Sequence record: NC_054935.2
Source of the DNA: Escherichia phage YUEEL01
DNA length: 64,000 bases
Direction: 5' to 3' (one strand)
The stretch's first letter is position 1. Every line of letters starts with the position of its first letter. The notes under the pieces are model-generated. The model did not search any database. It was given only the letters and a program-made list of their open reading frames with translations, and was not told the DNA's origin. The translations under genes and the position numbers were made by a program. This document shows, piece by piece, positions 40,792-51,904 of this stretch.

Positions 40792-41070
40792 ATGATTATT
40801 GATTCTCAGTCCGTGGTTCAATACACAATCAAAATTGATATTCTAGAAAAGCTATATAAGTTTCTACCAAACCTATACCATTCAATTGTCAATGAATTAG
40901 TTGAAGAGTTACATCTTGAGAATAATGATTTCTTGATTGGAACTTATAAAGACCTCTCAAAAGCAGGATATTTTTACGTAATTCCAGCTCCAGGAAAAAG
41001 CATTGATGATGTATTAAAAACTATAATGATTTATGTCCATGATTACGAAATTGAAGATTATTTCGAATGA
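40792..41070 (+). CDS. arn: Arn anti-restriction (McrBC inhibitor)-like protein
   Basis: 92 aa, acidic, upstream of asiA as in T4. Confidence 0.55.
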   Translation: MIIDSQSVVQYTIKIDILEKLYKFLPNLYHSIVNELVEELHLENNDFLIGTYKDLSKAGYFYVIPAPGKSIDDVLKTIMIYVHDYEIEDYFE

Positions 41071-41219
41071 GTCATAATCTTGAAAAGGTAATCGAGCATA
41101 ATGTAGCTCAGGAACGCGAGTCGTTCAAGGAATTCGTAGAAAAAATTTTTGAAGAAAATAACACAGACCAGTTTACAAATCAAGCGTCTGATGATATTAT
41201 AACAAAGTCAACTAATTGA
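41067..41219 (+). CDS. small acidic hypothetical protein
   Basis: 50 codons, ATGA overlap with arn. Confidence 0.3.
   Translation: MSHNLEKVIEHNVAQERESFKEFVEKIFEENNTDQFTNQASDDIITKSTN
41171..41200 (+). promoter_or_regulatory. T4-type early promoter upstream of asiA
   Basis: GTTTAC, 18 bp, TATTAT. Confidence 0.55.
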
Positions 41220-41231
41220 GTGGTATAGTTA

Positions 41232-41504
41232 ATGAATAAAAACATTGATACAGTTCGTGAAATTATTACTGTTGCATCTATTTTGATTAAATTTTCCAGA
41301 GAAGATATTGTTGAGAATCGTGCTAATTTTATTGCATTTCTTAATGAGATTGGAGTAACGCATGAAGGTAGAAAGTTAAATCAGAATTCATTTCGTAAAA
41401 TTGTTTCTGAATTAACTCAAGAAGATAAGAAAACCCTCATCGATGAATTCAACGAGGGTTTTGAGGGTGTATATCGATATCTAGAAATGTATACGAACAA
41501 ATAA
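41232..41504 (+). CDS. asiA: AsiA anti-sigma70 factor
   Basis: 90 aa; matches recalled T4 AsiA. Confidence 0.9.
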   Translation: MNKNIDTVREIITVASILIKFSREDIVENRANFIAFLNEIGVTHEGRKLNQNSFRKIVSELTQEDKKTLIDEFNEGFEGVYRYLEMYTNK

Positions 41505-42161
41505 TTATTTAGCCCTTCCTAATATTCTGGCCGCCTGAGCACATATTGATTCAAGGCGGTCATTACTTATATGATCATTTCTATACCAGTACATGGTTAT
41601 CGTTCCAGCATAGATATTATCCAAATTAAAATATGGACAACTGTACATGTAGTTTATTTCGGGAGTAGGCTTTTTAGTTGGTAAAAAAGCAAATTTTGAG
41701 TCGGAATAATAATGACGTCCATTTAAATGAACTGTATATTCATCCATAGTTTTATCAACAGGATATCCTCCAAGTGATTTTTCACTTATTGTTGAAGGTA
41801 ATTTTCCTTCATATGCTATAATATCAACAAAATAGTTTAAGTTTTTAGGGCGGAAAGAATACACCGCACTAAAGTCTGCCTCAGATGATATATGAACTAT
41901 CTGGAGTTGTTCCAGGGCGACAGATTCAAAGCGTGCATTTCTTTCCTTTTCAATAATTTCACTGTATGTTTCATACTTTGATTGCTTATAGTACTCAAAG
42001 AAACTATCTCCCCTATACCAAACAATCGCCATCATAAATAAAAGAATTACGACAGCTACCCGGGAAGCAAGAACCTTCCCGGTAGCGTTATCTTTGAACA
42101 AGCGATCTAGAACACCAAATAGAATATCAGAGGGCGAAAATGATATTCTAGGTGCTGCCAT
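41505..42161 (-). CDS. t: holin T
   Basis: 218 aa; single N-terminal TM segment then large periplasmic domain; position after gene 38. Confidence 0.9.
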   Translation of the reverse strand: MAAPRISFSPSDILFGVLDRLFKDNATGKVLASRVAVVILLFMMAIVWYRGDSFFEYYKQSKYETYSEIIEKERNARFESVALEQLQIVHISSEADFSAVYSFRPKNLNYFVDIIAYEGKLPSTISEKSLGGYPVDKTMDEYTVHLNGRHYYSDSKFAFLPTKKPTPEINYMYSCPYFNLDNIYAGTITMYWYRNDHISNDRLESICAQAARILGRAK

Positions 42162-42191
42162 AGACCCTCCTTTTAAGGGTATTTATTCACA

Positions 42192-42974
42192 TTATACTCT
42201 TGGACCATATATTGCTCCAACATTTTGCCACGTTGGAGCAGACCCTATGACGGCATAACCAGCAGCACCGCCATCGTATTCATATCCTTGACCACGAATA
42301 TTACATCTACCTCCTGCGGAGCCAACTTCACCACCAGACCCGCCGCTATAGATACCGTTCACAGACCCTGAGCCTGGTGCAGAAATAGTACCAGCAGTTG
42401 CTCCTGATTGCATATCAATAGATCCGCCCGGCGCGCCAAACGGACGACCGCCACCACCGCCAAAGGTCAATCTCATTTGTGAAAAAGGAGAATAATATCC
42501 GCCGCCGCCACCGCCGCCGCCGCCAGCAATAGCTCCGCCATTATTAATTCTTAGTCTCCCACCAATATCATTTTGAATACAATGACCCCCAGCTGAGCCA
42601 GGACTATTGCTACCGCCATTACCGCCACGGCCATACATCGTTACACCATGTATATTCAGTTGAACATATTCATTCGGTGTATCTCCGTACATGAAGAATA
42701 AAGGAACATCTTTAGAATATGATACTAAATCTCCAGTGATATTAAACACTATAGGTGTACTACCTGCCTCAAAACACCTATCTCGGAACCATTGACCATT
42801 GAAGTTATGATCTGCTCCAAGTGTATGAATAATTTCTCTTGAGCGACCTGCAAATTGACTCATCCAGCAAGGAACACCTAATCTTAATTGACCAGCCGCT
42901 TGACTCATCCATCGTTGTCCTGTTTCATTTACGGATGAACTACCAATCCAACCAGGAACACCAACTACTGCCAT
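42192..42974 (-). CDS. 38: gp38 tail-fibre adhesin of the T2/T6 type (glycine-rich motifs)
   Basis: 260 aa; conserved N-terminus [13 protein letters not shown]; poly-Gly blocks separated by variable segments. Confidence 0.85.
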   Translation of the reverse strand: MAVVGVPGWIGSSSVNETGQRWMSQAAGQLRLGVPCWMSQFAGRSREIIHTLGADHNFNGQWFRDRCFEAGSTPIVFNITGDLVSYSKDVPLFFMYGDTPNEYVQLNIHGVTMYGRGGNGGSNSPGSAGGHCIQNDIGGRLRINNGGAIAGGGGGGGGGYYSPFSQMRLTFGGGGGRPFGAPGGSIDMQSGATAGTISAPGSGSVNGIYSGGSGGEVGSAGGRCNIRGQGYEYDGGAAGYAVIGSAPTWQNVGAIYGPRV

Positions 42975-43007
42975 AATTTATCTCCAAAGGGGCAATGCCC
43001 CTTGTTA

Positions 43008-46000
43008 TTAGAATTTAAAGTATTTACCAATTTTGCGAGCAATTTTAGTGAAGAAAGGCGTTTTTAATTCTTTAATTTCTTCACTCATTTCCTGAATGGC
43101 CTTAATTAAAAGAGCATTCACAGCGGAGTTAGAAATTGTCAGAACTTCGTCTGGTTTATCAAGATTGCCAATTTTCGAAATATTAATCGCTTCTGGTAAT
43201 ATTTCTTGTAAATCCTGCGCGATAATGCCGATCTCATGACCGATAATTTCACGGTCGGATAATGATTTAACTTTATCGTAGGTTTTAACTTTCAGTTTAC
43301 CGATTAAATCAGTTGCATTTCCTATATAATCTTCGATGTTTTCTTTGAGGCGACGGTCTGATCGAATATAAACATCGTTAAAGTTTCCGTTACCAGTGGC
43401 ATGAAATTCTCCACTTGCATTGAATTGATAATCAGCAGACTGAACATGGAGAACCGCTGCCGCAGTATTATTACTATCACCGGGACAATGAACGTCCAGA
43501 GCAGCGATGTAGTTACGCCCCCAATCAACCGCTTTCCAAATAGCATGAGCACTATCAACGCTTTGTTGACAGTCAAGCAACAAACCAGCAGGGCGATCTC
43601 TCCAATTCACATAAGCACCACCAGAAACTTCACCGCGAATAAGCCCTTGATCTCCGGCATAAGGAACACGCTCTCCCACTTTAATCATTGCGCCCTGGAA
43701 GTGATGACTAAATGAACCCCCATGATTATTGCGAATATGTAAAATACCCTCATCTGTAGCCCAGATAACAGCCTTTTCTGCATCGCTATCATCTTTAAAC
43801 CAGATGTGGCGAGCACCAACAGAGTTTTTGATAGTGATCCCGCTAGATCCATGCACGGTAAAAGTGCCAGCAACATCAAACGTCAAACTGTTATCTGTCC
43901 TGCGTTCTGTATAGAAGTGATAACCTTTGGAATCACCGACTTCCATCACTGCCGAGCGACCAACTTCTGAATTTCCCCAATTATTGATATGGAATTGTTC
44001 AGAGCTATTATTCATCTGATTTAGGTATAATGTACCATCAGTAAATGTTTCGCCAAAGAAACGAGTTTTAATTGCACCTGTCGCTAAAGTACGTTCAGTG
44101 GAAAAATGGGCGCCTTGACTATCTTCTAACTGGATGATGTTATCACGAGCATTATTACTATCACCCCAATGGTTAAATTTAAAATAATCTCGTGATCCTA
44201 AACGTCCGGCATCAAAAGTCAGCAAGCCTTTCATGTTAATATCACCGCCAAAAAATGCGGTGAGAGAATCACGTTTTAATTTTAAAACGCTACCACGAGT
44301 AGTACCACCCAAAGTAACATCACCAGTGTTCAATTCATAACTGAAAGGTCTATTTGCATTAAAGTTTCCATCTTTATCATTCTCGTCAGTAGAAAGTAGA
44401 TAAAACCTGCTACTATCAGCACGCCAAATAACATCATAATTACTACTAGCGGTCATACGGAATGCATTAGATGAGCGGAATTTAACTTCTGTATTAAATG
44501 TTGTAGTTGATTTAAACGTTGTTGAACCACCAAAGTTAACAGCACCATTAAAATCTTGTTGAGCTGTCCATTTGTGGCTACCATCTTCAAGAACAACACG
44601 ACGAACTCTGAAACTTCTATTTCCCGGATTACCAGCAACACGAACGACAAAATAACGGTAGTTAGCTTGTGACACAGTACCACGCCAAACCTGAACAGTA
44701 CGCCCTGTGCTAGTGTGTTCGCTAGGACCGACGGAAAACAGAATCAAGTTTCCGTCAATCGTACCCCAATCCATATTTGCTGGCATGTTCTTTATTTTGT
44801 TCAAAGGAACGCTAAACATACTGCCAGGAACAAAATCAAATGTGTTCCAATCTAGCTCCGCTAATTGAGATTTAACACCACCCATACCCAAAGTAATTGG
44901 CAGAGAATAAGATGTGTATACTTCGTTCCATGCACCCCAAACACTATTAGTATATGCACGCTCAAAAATACGTCCGCGAGTAGTTGTACCTGTTCCGGCA
45001 GTAGTAAATTTTTGGAAAATAGCACCACCAGAAGCACGCTGTTTAACTTCTAGCAAACCAACAATAACGGCTGGTAAACCTTCACCGGTAGGACAGTTAA
45101 TAACGGCATCAGTGCCTAAAATGTTATATAACCCAGGAGCTTTAAAATCATTCAGATCTCCATCATAGAAAGTCGCTGGTGTGCCATGACCAACCTGCTT
45201 CCATTCCTCCCACTTAGGTGCACTAGCATCCCATGCAGCAGCGAGACAACGAGTATAAACCATACCCATGCGGGTAGTATAACGCTGCGTTCTTGTGTAT
45301 AAACCACCTTCAAATATTTCTAAAAATCCTTGTGCGGCTGATCCTTCTTCTGGATAATGGCGATCAAATGATGCGATTGCGCTTGAACTGTTTCTCCATA
45401 AGCCACAATGTTCTAATTCTCCCAAGCTATCAAGGTCAATCGTTTGTGAAAGTGGACGAGTTGACGCTTGAACATTACGCCACACACCCCATGGACCATC
45501 GACGCCATTCCATTTAGCAGATAAGGAACGAATATAGACGTTACCAGATCTTACAGTATAACGCTGAGTGCCAGCAAATTGGCCGGCCACAAATACTTCT
45601 AGTACACCTACGGCATTTTCTTCTGGGAATTTATTTGCTGGTTGCGCATTTGTTGAAGTAGATTTCGACCAAACACCAAGATATTCTTCAATGGGCCCAT
45701 ACGTATCTAAATTAGCATCAGTAGGTAATTCGCCATTATTTTTTATAAACGTTGTGCTATTGACATTTATGTCAGATGGAGTTAGCGTGATATCTTTTGA
45801 CCCATCAAAGGATATACCATTAATTTTTCGTGCTGTTTTTAATTTCGTTGCAGTTGCAGCGTTACCTGTTAAATTTCCAATTATATTTCCATTAACAGTT
45901 AAAGAACCATCAATTGTTCCTCCATATTTTAAACCTAATTCTATAACACTGCCTGAGTCATCTTTTGTGAAAATTGTTTTATCTTTTAAATTAATAGCCA

Positions 46001-46085
46001 ATTCACCTTCGGCTAATACTGAAGCAGCAGGACGTTGACCTGCAGTTTTGCTTCTTTTAAATTGTATTTGTTTTAAAGTAGCCAT
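43008..46085 (-). CDS. 37: gp37 long tail fibre distal subunit
   Basis: 1025 aa; position between 36 and 38. Confidence 0.9.
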   Translation of the reverse strand: MATLKQIQFKRSKTAGQRPAASVLAEGELAINLKDKTIFTKDDSGSVIELGLKYGGTIDGSLTVNGNIIGNLTGNAATATKLKTARKINGISFDGSKDITLTPSDINVNSTTFIKNNGELPTDANLDTYGPIEEYLGVWSKSTSTNAQPANKFPEENAVGVLEVFVAGQFAGTQRYTVRSGNVYIRSLSAKWNGVDGPWGVWRNVQASTRPLSQTIDLDSLGELEHCGLWRNSSSAIASFDRHYPEEGSAAQGFLEIFEGGLYTRTQRYTTRMGMVYTRCLAAAWDASAPKWEEWKQVGHGTPATFYDGDLNDFKAPGLYNILGTDAVINCPTGEGLPAVIVGLLEVKQRASGGAIFQKFTTAGTGTTTRGRIFERAYTNSVWGAWNEVYTSYSLPITLGMGGVKSQLAELDWNTFDFVPGSMFSVPLNKIKNMPANMDWGTIDGNLILFSVGPSEHTSTGRTVQVWRGTVSQANYRYFVVRVAGNPGNRSFRVRRVVLEDGSHKWTAQQDFNGAVNFGGSTTFKSTTTFNTEVKFRSSNAFRMTASSNYDVIWRADSSRFYLLSTDENDKDGNFNANRPFSYELNTGDVTLGGTTRGSVLKLKRDSLTAFFGGDINMKGLLTFDAGRLGSRDYFKFNHWGDSNNARDNIIQLEDSQGAHFSTERTLATGAIKTRFFGETFTDGTLYLNQMNNSSEQFHINNWGNSEVGRSAVMEVGDSKGYHFYTERRTDNSLTFDVAGTFTVHGSSGITIKNSVGARHIWFKDDSDAEKAVIWATDEGILHIRNNHGGSFSHHFQGAMIKVGERVPYAGDQGLIRGEVSGGAYVNWRDRPAGLLLDCQQSVDSAHAIWKAVDWGRNYIAALDVHCPGDSNNTAAAVLHVQSADYQFNASGEFHATGNGNFNDVYIRSDRRLKENIEDYIGNATDLIGKLKVKTYDKVKSLSDREIIGHEIGIIAQDLQEILPEAINISKIGNLDKPDEVLTISNSAVNALLIKAIQEMSEEIKELKTPFFTKIARKIGKYFKF

Positions 46086-46093
46086 AAGTCCTC

Positions 46094-46744
46094 TTAATAA
46101 TAGCCGAAATCTTGAACAGAATCCTTAATCACGATTTGGTCAAATCGCGGAACATGCGAGGGTTGAGATGCAGGATTCTGCGAGAAAAAGTTTGGCGCTG
46201 TTAAATTACCTGTCATGGTGTCACCTTTACGCAAAACTCTAGAATTCGCATTTGCCGTAACAATATTTATTGCTCCATCGACATAATCTTTACGAGTAAC
46301 ATCAGATGCTGCGGAAGGAGTAGATGTAACAGTTACCGATGGAGCCGTTACGGCCCTGGTAAATGTTGTCAAACCTTCCGGCGTAATAGTAATTTGTCCA
46401 GTAGTGATTTCACTACCTGCCGGTCTAAAACTAATACCGCCGGAAGAGCCACCAACTACAAGAGTATTACCGGTACCGCCACCAGAACGAATTCGAATGG
46501 GGGTTTCATTATTACTTAATTGAAGATAACTATTTACCCCGTAATTAATAGTAATTGGACCGGTGTAAGTGCCACCATTAGCTTTAGAAACGAAATCGTT
46601 ATCAGCTGCCTGTGGTTTATTATATTCTGAATATATTTTAAATGATTTGTAGAGTACATCGTCACCGGCTGAATTCAATGGAAAATTTCCTTGATGCCAA
46701 ATGACAGATCCACCTACAGTTGAACCTACTTTTAAATCAGCCAT
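46094..46744 (-). CDS. 36: gp36 long tail fibre distal hinge
   Basis: 216 aa; position. Confidence 0.8.
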   Translation of the reverse strand: MADLKVGSTVGGSVIWHQGNFPLNSAGDDVLYKSFKIYSEYNKPQAADNDFVSKANGGTYTGPITINYGVNSYLQLSNNETPIRIRSGGGTGNTLVVGGSSGGISFRPAGSEITTGQITITPEGLTTFTRAVTAPSVTVTSTPSAASDVTRKDYVDGAINIVTANANSRVLRKGDTMTGNLTAPNFFSQNPASQPSHVPRFDQIVIKDSVQDFGYY

Positions 46745-46767
46745 TGTATGCCCCTTTATTTTAATAT

Positions 46768-46775
46768 TATTTATA
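46768..46775 (-). promoter_or_regulatory. late promoter for genes 36-37-38
   Basis: TATAAATA on the minus strand about 25 bp upstream of gene 36. Confidence 0.6.
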
Positions 46776-46776
46776 A

Positions 46777-46800
46777 AGAAAAAAGGAACCCGAAGGCTCC
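46777..46800 (-). terminator. terminator after gene 35 (minus strand)
   Basis: Minus-strand GGAGCC-UUCG-GGUUCC then U-run. Confidence 0.6.
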
Positions 46801-46806
46801 CTCAGT

Positions 46807-47922
46807 TTAAACTTCTCTAAATTCCTGTCCAAACACTTTACCAGTTTTAGACGATGCCTGTGTAGGAAGTACCATTATATCTGGAGGTAAAGAGGATTCA
46901 CCGATATAATTAACACGAATACCATTGACACCAAATTCAGCAGGTTTTGAAATTCCGCCATTTCTTGATACTTCAGAAAAGCTTAAATTTCTCATGCCGC
47001 CTTGACCTGCTTGGGCAGTTCTTTGTGCATATATCGTAAATCCTACTGCATTTTCAGGAACAACTACATAATCTTCTTTTAATTCCCAAGACCCAGCTTG
47101 CCCAGTAAACTCAGCTTGGGTCGAGGAAATATATCCATTTGATGCATCATAAAAACGAATGGATATGTTTGTAGTTCCAAGATCAAGTAAATCAGCATCA
47201 GCATATAACTGTGCTTTAAGATAAAGAACATCACCAGGAATTAAATTATAGTCAGAAAGTTTACTTATAGCAGCTGAAGTTGGCAATCGCGCAATTTCGT
47301 TATTAGTTCCACCAACTGCTGACATGAATTGCTCGACACTTTCATAAGTTCTTTTTGGAAATCCTGTCGCTCCGACGTCTTCTAAACTATCAAATACAAC
47401 ATCTAAAATAGTTTGATAATCATCTGTGCTTTTTCTATTACTTAGTTTAACATGCTCTAATGCAATAGCTCTTTTAGAAGAAGTATAAAAAGCAGCATAT
47501 GATACGTCAAATCTTGACAATACTGAATCTGATGGAAAAACTGAAGTTCCTGCTCCCCTTAACCAAGATACCACTTCAGGAGGAAAATTAACCTTTCCGC
47601 TAGTTAATATAGCAACAAGTCTATTGTTTGACAAAGAATTCATGAAACTAACAAAAGCAGCTGATGTAGTATTATTTGAAGTAGAAAAAGCATATGACTT
47701 ACTATCAACTAATGCTCCTGTAGAAGGGTCAAAAACTCTTAAATGAAGACCTGCACTAAATGTTTGATTTCCAACGGGATTATCCTGAAATTTAACATAT
47801 GGCCCCGCAGTAGAAAGCGGGCAAGAACCCGCTATGCTTATTTTATATCTTACTGAATTGCTTTCCGATAAAAATGGCGTTTGGACATATCCTTGTCCAA
47901 ACTCTGCCATAAATTTTTCCAT
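46807..47922 (-). CDS. 35: gp35 long tail fibre hinge
   Basis: 371 aa; position. Confidence 0.8.
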   Translation of the reverse strand: MEKFMAEFGQGYVQTPFLSESNSVRYKISIAGSCPLSTAGPYVKFQDNPVGNQTFSAGLHLRVFDPSTGALVDSKSYAFSTSNNTTSAAFVSFMNSLSNNRLVAILTSGKVNFPPEVVSWLRGAGTSVFPSDSVLSRFDVSYAAFYTSSKRAIALEHVKLSNRKSTDDYQTILDVVFDSLEDVGATGFPKRTYESVEQFMSAVGGTNNEIARLPTSAAISKLSDYNLIPGDVLYLKAQLYADADLLDLGTTNISIRFYDASNGYISSTQAEFTGQAGSWELKEDYVVVPENAVGFTIYAQRTAQAGQGGMRNLSFSEVSRNGGISKPAEFGVNGIRVNYIGESSLPPDIMVLPTQASSKTGKVFGQEFREV

Positions 47923-47930
47923 AATACCTC

Positions 47931-50900
47931 TTATTCAATCCACTCAAATTTAACAGTTTTATTCACTGGGTCAGGAATAATGCGAACATTACCAATTCGC
48001 AAGAAATCGCGAATAGTAAGATTACCTATTATTCCATTATCAGATGGGATCGCTCCTATATCTGAAGGTTGAGGAGGGTTACCTCCGTCAAATACCTGAA
48101 CAAAACTTGACCAAGAGTTTTTGGTTTTCTGCCATGTACGTGTCCAGCGAGTGGTACGTGCTTCTGGGGTCGTTGGATAAGTAATCCAATCTTGGTAAAG
48201 TGAATCAAGTGTGTTACCAAACTGAGTCAATGTACCAGGAGATTTAACTTCTTCACCACGTTCTAAGTATGGAAGTCCAGTCACTTCATTAGTTTTTTCA
48301 ACCATTTTAAAATAACCCGGGAACTGGTTATAAGTGGCTGAATCATTAATATCGATTGACCAGAATCCTACTGTATCAGATGTTGGCGCACGGGTATATA
48401 AATCAGAGGTTTTAGTACCCTGAGAACGAATTCTCGAGTTAACAGTCAAACCACCCGAACTTATAGTAGCACCTTTTGCAATGATTAAGCTTTCACCAAT
48501 CGTTACTTGGCCAGATGCATTATTAATAGCTAAAGGACGCAATCCATTAAATCCGCCAGTTTGATCACCCGATGCAGTAAGCATAAAATTCGTTACTGAC
48601 CCATCATTGCGAACAATGAAACCATAATTTCCGTTAATAGCACGGAAAGCATTTGCGCTTCGAGAAATAATTTCACCAGTTGCAGTGACTGAATTACCAA
48701 ATGTTGCTACACCATTTGCATTCAATGTTCCTGAAGCATTAACATTTATCGGTGTTACTGTACCGTTGATATTAAATGTTATATTTCCAGCTTTATTACG
48801 CTGAGAATAAAAATGACTAGACGTTTCATCACTAACTTCAAATACGGTAGAACGTGTTGTGTCTGATTCCCCGCTAAATTGATTTCCCCACACTCTGACT
48901 GTCATCGTTTGAGCCGGGTTTGTTCCAGTTTGAGGTCCTTTCTCAAAAATCAGACGAGTTGCCGTTCCAGTATTAGAAATAGTTAATGTACTATTTGCTG
49001 AAACTGATCCACCGAATGTAGCAGTACTAGATGATACAAGAGGGGCACTCAGATTCGTTTGTTGGGTTAAGGTTAGTGAACCATTAACCGTCTGCGCAAT
49101 ATCCCTACGAATGAACTGGAGTGAATCTAAACCATCTAATAAATTACTATCTACAGCTTTTGCTTTTAACGGCAAATAATTTGCTAATACGCGGTTTAAT
49201 TCATATGGTGATACTGCATAGTTATTTTTCTCATATAGTTCTAAGTCCTGCGTAGAACCCGCTGTATCATTACCAACGAACGTAATTGAACCAGATGAGG
49301 TTTTAACAAAACCTCTTATCGCAGTAGTAGCTGCCCAAGTAGGTTCACTCTGCACAATCCATTTTAAATTTTTTGGAGATACAGCAGTATTTGCTGACGT
49401 TCCAGCTACAGTTTCAGACCGAGTTGCAACTTTAATAACACCTTCCTGCGCTTCAGTAGATTTAGTACCTAAAAGCTTTTTAGGAGTTATTAGAACATTA
49501 TCCAATGTTCCTGCAGCAGCTTCAACTTGTGTAGCTACACGAAGTGTACCACGTTGTGTCTCATTTGCTTCAAGAATATTAAGGGTATAATGGTCCCAGA
49601 GAGTTCCTGATTCAACTAATCCAGATAGAGCAACAACAGAAGTACGATCAGTACTATTAAATCTGGTTTTAATTTTTAATGGTGTAGAGATACGAGTATC
49701 GTCGACGCCTGCGTCGAATTCAACTTGTGTAGCAATTTCAGCTACACCAGTTAAACTTTCAGTTGCTTTACGGTCATTTAAAGTTTTAGGAGTGACTGCA
49801 CGAGTATAATCAGTTCCTGTATTAACTTCACTTTGCGTAGCAATTTCAATTAAACCAATTCTTGCATCAGTTGATGTCTTTTTATGTAACGTTTCTGGCG
49901 TTACAACCGCATTTGCCCATCCTTCTTGGCTTTGTCCAGCAATTACTTCACTTTCAACTGCTAAAATTACTGCACCTTGTTGCGTTGGAGTAGCTTTATA
50001 CTGATCCAAAGCTTTAGGCGAAACAACTAAATTATTAGTGTTTTTATTATAAACATTTGTACCATTTAATTCACGACTAGAAGCTGGAGTAGCTCCTGCA
50101 GTAGATACAAAGGTTACAATACCAGATAATGATTCAGAACCTTGACGAGCTTGAAGCTTTTTAGGAGTGATGATTGTAGTATCATCAGTACCTGTATTAG
50201 TTTCCTGCTGCGTAGCAATTTCAGCTACACCTCTACGAGTTTCTGTAGCAGTTCTTTCATTCAGCTTTTTAGGAGTGATGATAAGGTCATCAGCAAAAGA
50301 GAATGTGGTGTTCTGATTCACTTGAGCAGTAGTTGCTATTCTTGCGATACCTCTACGAGTTTCTGTAGCAGTACGGTTAGCTAATGTTTCTGGTGTAATT
50401 GCTAATTCTTTTTGTGGAGAATTTTCTAAATCGACGTTAGCTTGAGCTTGTGTAGCTAAAGCAATTACGCCTAATCTTGCTCTAGTAGAATTATTTAAAG
50501 AATCGACTCTTTCAACCGTTGGAACGTTTTGTTGTACAACCCAGTATTTTCCGTCAGAATCTTCTATATAAGCAAGTTGTAAAACCGGAACATAATTAGT
50601 TTCACCATTGAAAACTAATTCTTGGACAGTCACCCATTCAGCTTCAGGTGGATATTCTGAACGTTTTGGGAATTGCAGCAATTGAACTGAAGAAGCAATT
50701 TTATCTTCACCGGCAGCTTTGATTTTAACTGTTTGTCCTTTTCTCATGTAATTCATGGAAATTTTAACAGTATCACCAATGGAAATATCGGTTGGAAGTT
50801 GAAGTTCAATTGTTTGGGCTGTTCCGTTATTCGCACCAAATACCATAACTTCTTCATTTGGACGAATATTAGAATTAGTTGTTATAATGCGTAAACGTGC

Positions 50901-51800
50901 TTTACTATCCCCGTCAAACAATCTCCATAATTTTTCATTATCATCAAACATCAAGAAACCGTCAATCGATGTACGGCCTTCAATAGAATGAGTTCCAACT
51001 TCTTGTACTGAAGTTGTTTCATCATATGTCGTGACAATTGTATGATAAAGTGGATTTAATTTATCTAAATCAACGAAATTAATAATATCGCCATGATTAG
51101 CAAATCTCGGAAGTTTAATATTAATCGGCGCAGCGGAAGTAAATCTACGCACGATAAAATCATTAGATTGTGCTTGATATGCAGTCGATGGAGTAACAAT
51201 CGCAGCTTCTCTGCTATAATCAGCAACATACATTTGCCACAAACGATTATTAAAAATGAATATCATCTGTGACTTTGGATGAGTCATTAGAACTGAACGT
51301 ACTTGTTCACCTCTAAAATTAACAATACTCTGATTTGAAGAATTTATTTTAACCTGATTTATACCAGGTTTTCCACCAATATCTTGAATTATTACGGTTT
51401 CTCCATCAAGCGGAGAAGGTGGTAAATTAAACTCAATGTCATTACCAACTGATGTATCTACTGAAATTGCTTCTCCGGATTTTAATTGATATGGTCCAGA
51501 TGATACGGTTGTATATACGGCATCAGTACGTAATGCTTTCCAACGAATTCTATTAAAACTTCCAGCAGGTTTTGGAATATTATCCGTTGCTGCCCAAAAA
51601 CGATTATTATAAATGATTACAAAATCTTTTAAATATCCACGAGTTGGATCATATTGTTGAACTGTGTTTTCTTGAATTAAGTAATCAACGTTAACACCGT
51701 CAGTTCCTACGGTACGATCAGCTAAAGCTACGTTGATTATTTTATCGCCACCTGCGTCCAGACCATCTTCTGCTCTGAACTTTCTTTTAATCTCGGCCAT
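47931..51800 (-). CDS. 34: gp34 long tail fibre proximal subunit
   Basis: 1289 aa, exact T4 gp34 length. Confidence 0.9.
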   Translation of the reverse strand: MAEIKRKFRAEDGLDAGGDKIINVALADRTVGTDGVNVDYLIQENTVQQYDPTRGYLKDFVIIYNNRFWAATDNIPKPAGSFNRIRWKALRTDAVYTTVSSGPYQLKSGEAISVDTSVGNDIEFNLPPSPLDGETVIIQDIGGKPGINQVKINSSNQSIVNFRGEQVRSVLMTHPKSQMIFIFNNRLWQMYVADYSREAAIVTPSTAYQAQSNDFIVRRFTSAAPINIKLPRFANHGDIINFVDLDKLNPLYHTIVTTYDETTSVQEVGTHSIEGRTSIDGFLMFDDNEKLWRLFDGDSKARLRIITTNSNIRPNEEVMVFGANNGTAQTIELQLPTDISIGDTVKISMNYMRKGQTVKIKAAGEDKIASSVQLLQFPKRSEYPPEAEWVTVQELVFNGETNYVPVLQLAYIEDSDGKYWVVQQNVPTVERVDSLNNSTRARLGVIALATQAQANVDLENSPQKELAITPETLANRTATETRRGIARIATTAQVNQNTTFSFADDLIITPKKLNERTATETRRGVAEIATQQETNTGTDDTTIITPKKLQARQGSESLSGIVTFVSTAGATPASSRELNGTNVYNKNTNNLVVSPKALDQYKATPTQQGAVILAVESEVIAGQSQEGWANAVVTPETLHKKTSTDARIGLIEIATQSEVNTGTDYTRAVTPKTLNDRKATESLTGVAEIATQVEFDAGVDDTRISTPLKIKTRFNSTDRTSVVALSGLVESGTLWDHYTLNILEANETQRGTLRVATQVEAAAGTLDNVLITPKKLLGTKSTEAQEGVIKVATRSETVAGTSANTAVSPKNLKWIVQSEPTWAATTAIRGFVKTSSGSITFVGNDTAGSTQDLELYEKNNYAVSPYELNRVLANYLPLKAKAVDSNLLDGLDSLQFIRRDIAQTVNGSLTLTQQTNLSAPLVSSSTATFGGSVSANSTLTISNTGTATRLIFEKGPQTGTNPAQTMTVRVWGNQFSGESDTTRSTVFEVSDETSSHFYSQRNKAGNITFNINGTVTPINVNASGTLNANGVATFGNSVTATGEIISRSANAFRAINGNYGFIVRNDGSVTNFMLTASGDQTGGFNGLRPLAINNASGQVTIGESLIIAKGATISSGGLTVNSRIRSQGTKTSDLYTRAPTSDTVGFWSIDINDSATYNQFPGYFKMVEKTNEVTGLPYLERGEEVKSPGTLTQFGNTLDSLYQDWITYPTTPEARTTRWTRTWQKTKNSWSSFVQVFDGGNPPQPSDIGAIPSDNGIIGNLTIRDFLRIGNVRIIPDPVNKTVKFEWIE

Positions 51801-51834
51801 TCTCCCGGGCTCCTATTGTGTTTTCAATAATAAG

Positions 51835-51842
51835 TATTTATA
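51835..51842 (-). promoter_or_regulatory. late promoter for gene 34
   Basis: TATAAATA on the minus strand about 35 bp upstream of gene 34. Confidence 0.6.
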
Positions 51843-51845
51843 CTT

Positions 51846-51875
51846 GTTTACTTTAAGATTTGGATGGTATATAAT
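51846..51875 (+). promoter_or_regulatory. T4-type early promoter upstream of rnh, divergent from gene 34 late promoter
   Basis: GTTTAC, 18 bp, TATAAT. Confidence 0.6.
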
Positions 51876-51904
51876 AGAAATCTCACTAATTGAACGAGGT
51901 TCAT

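Noticed and set aside
42162-42191. Late promoter for holin gene t
   Set aside because: Only an AATAAATA-like sequence (one mismatch to TATAAATA) is present on the minus strand; not called without an exact match.
42988-43006. Palindrome AAGGGGCAATGCCCCTT between genes 37 and 38 as a terminator
   Set aside because: No U-run on the minus-strand transcript side and gene 38 follows immediately with its own RBS; more likely an intercistronic structure affecting translation or mRNA stability than a terminator.
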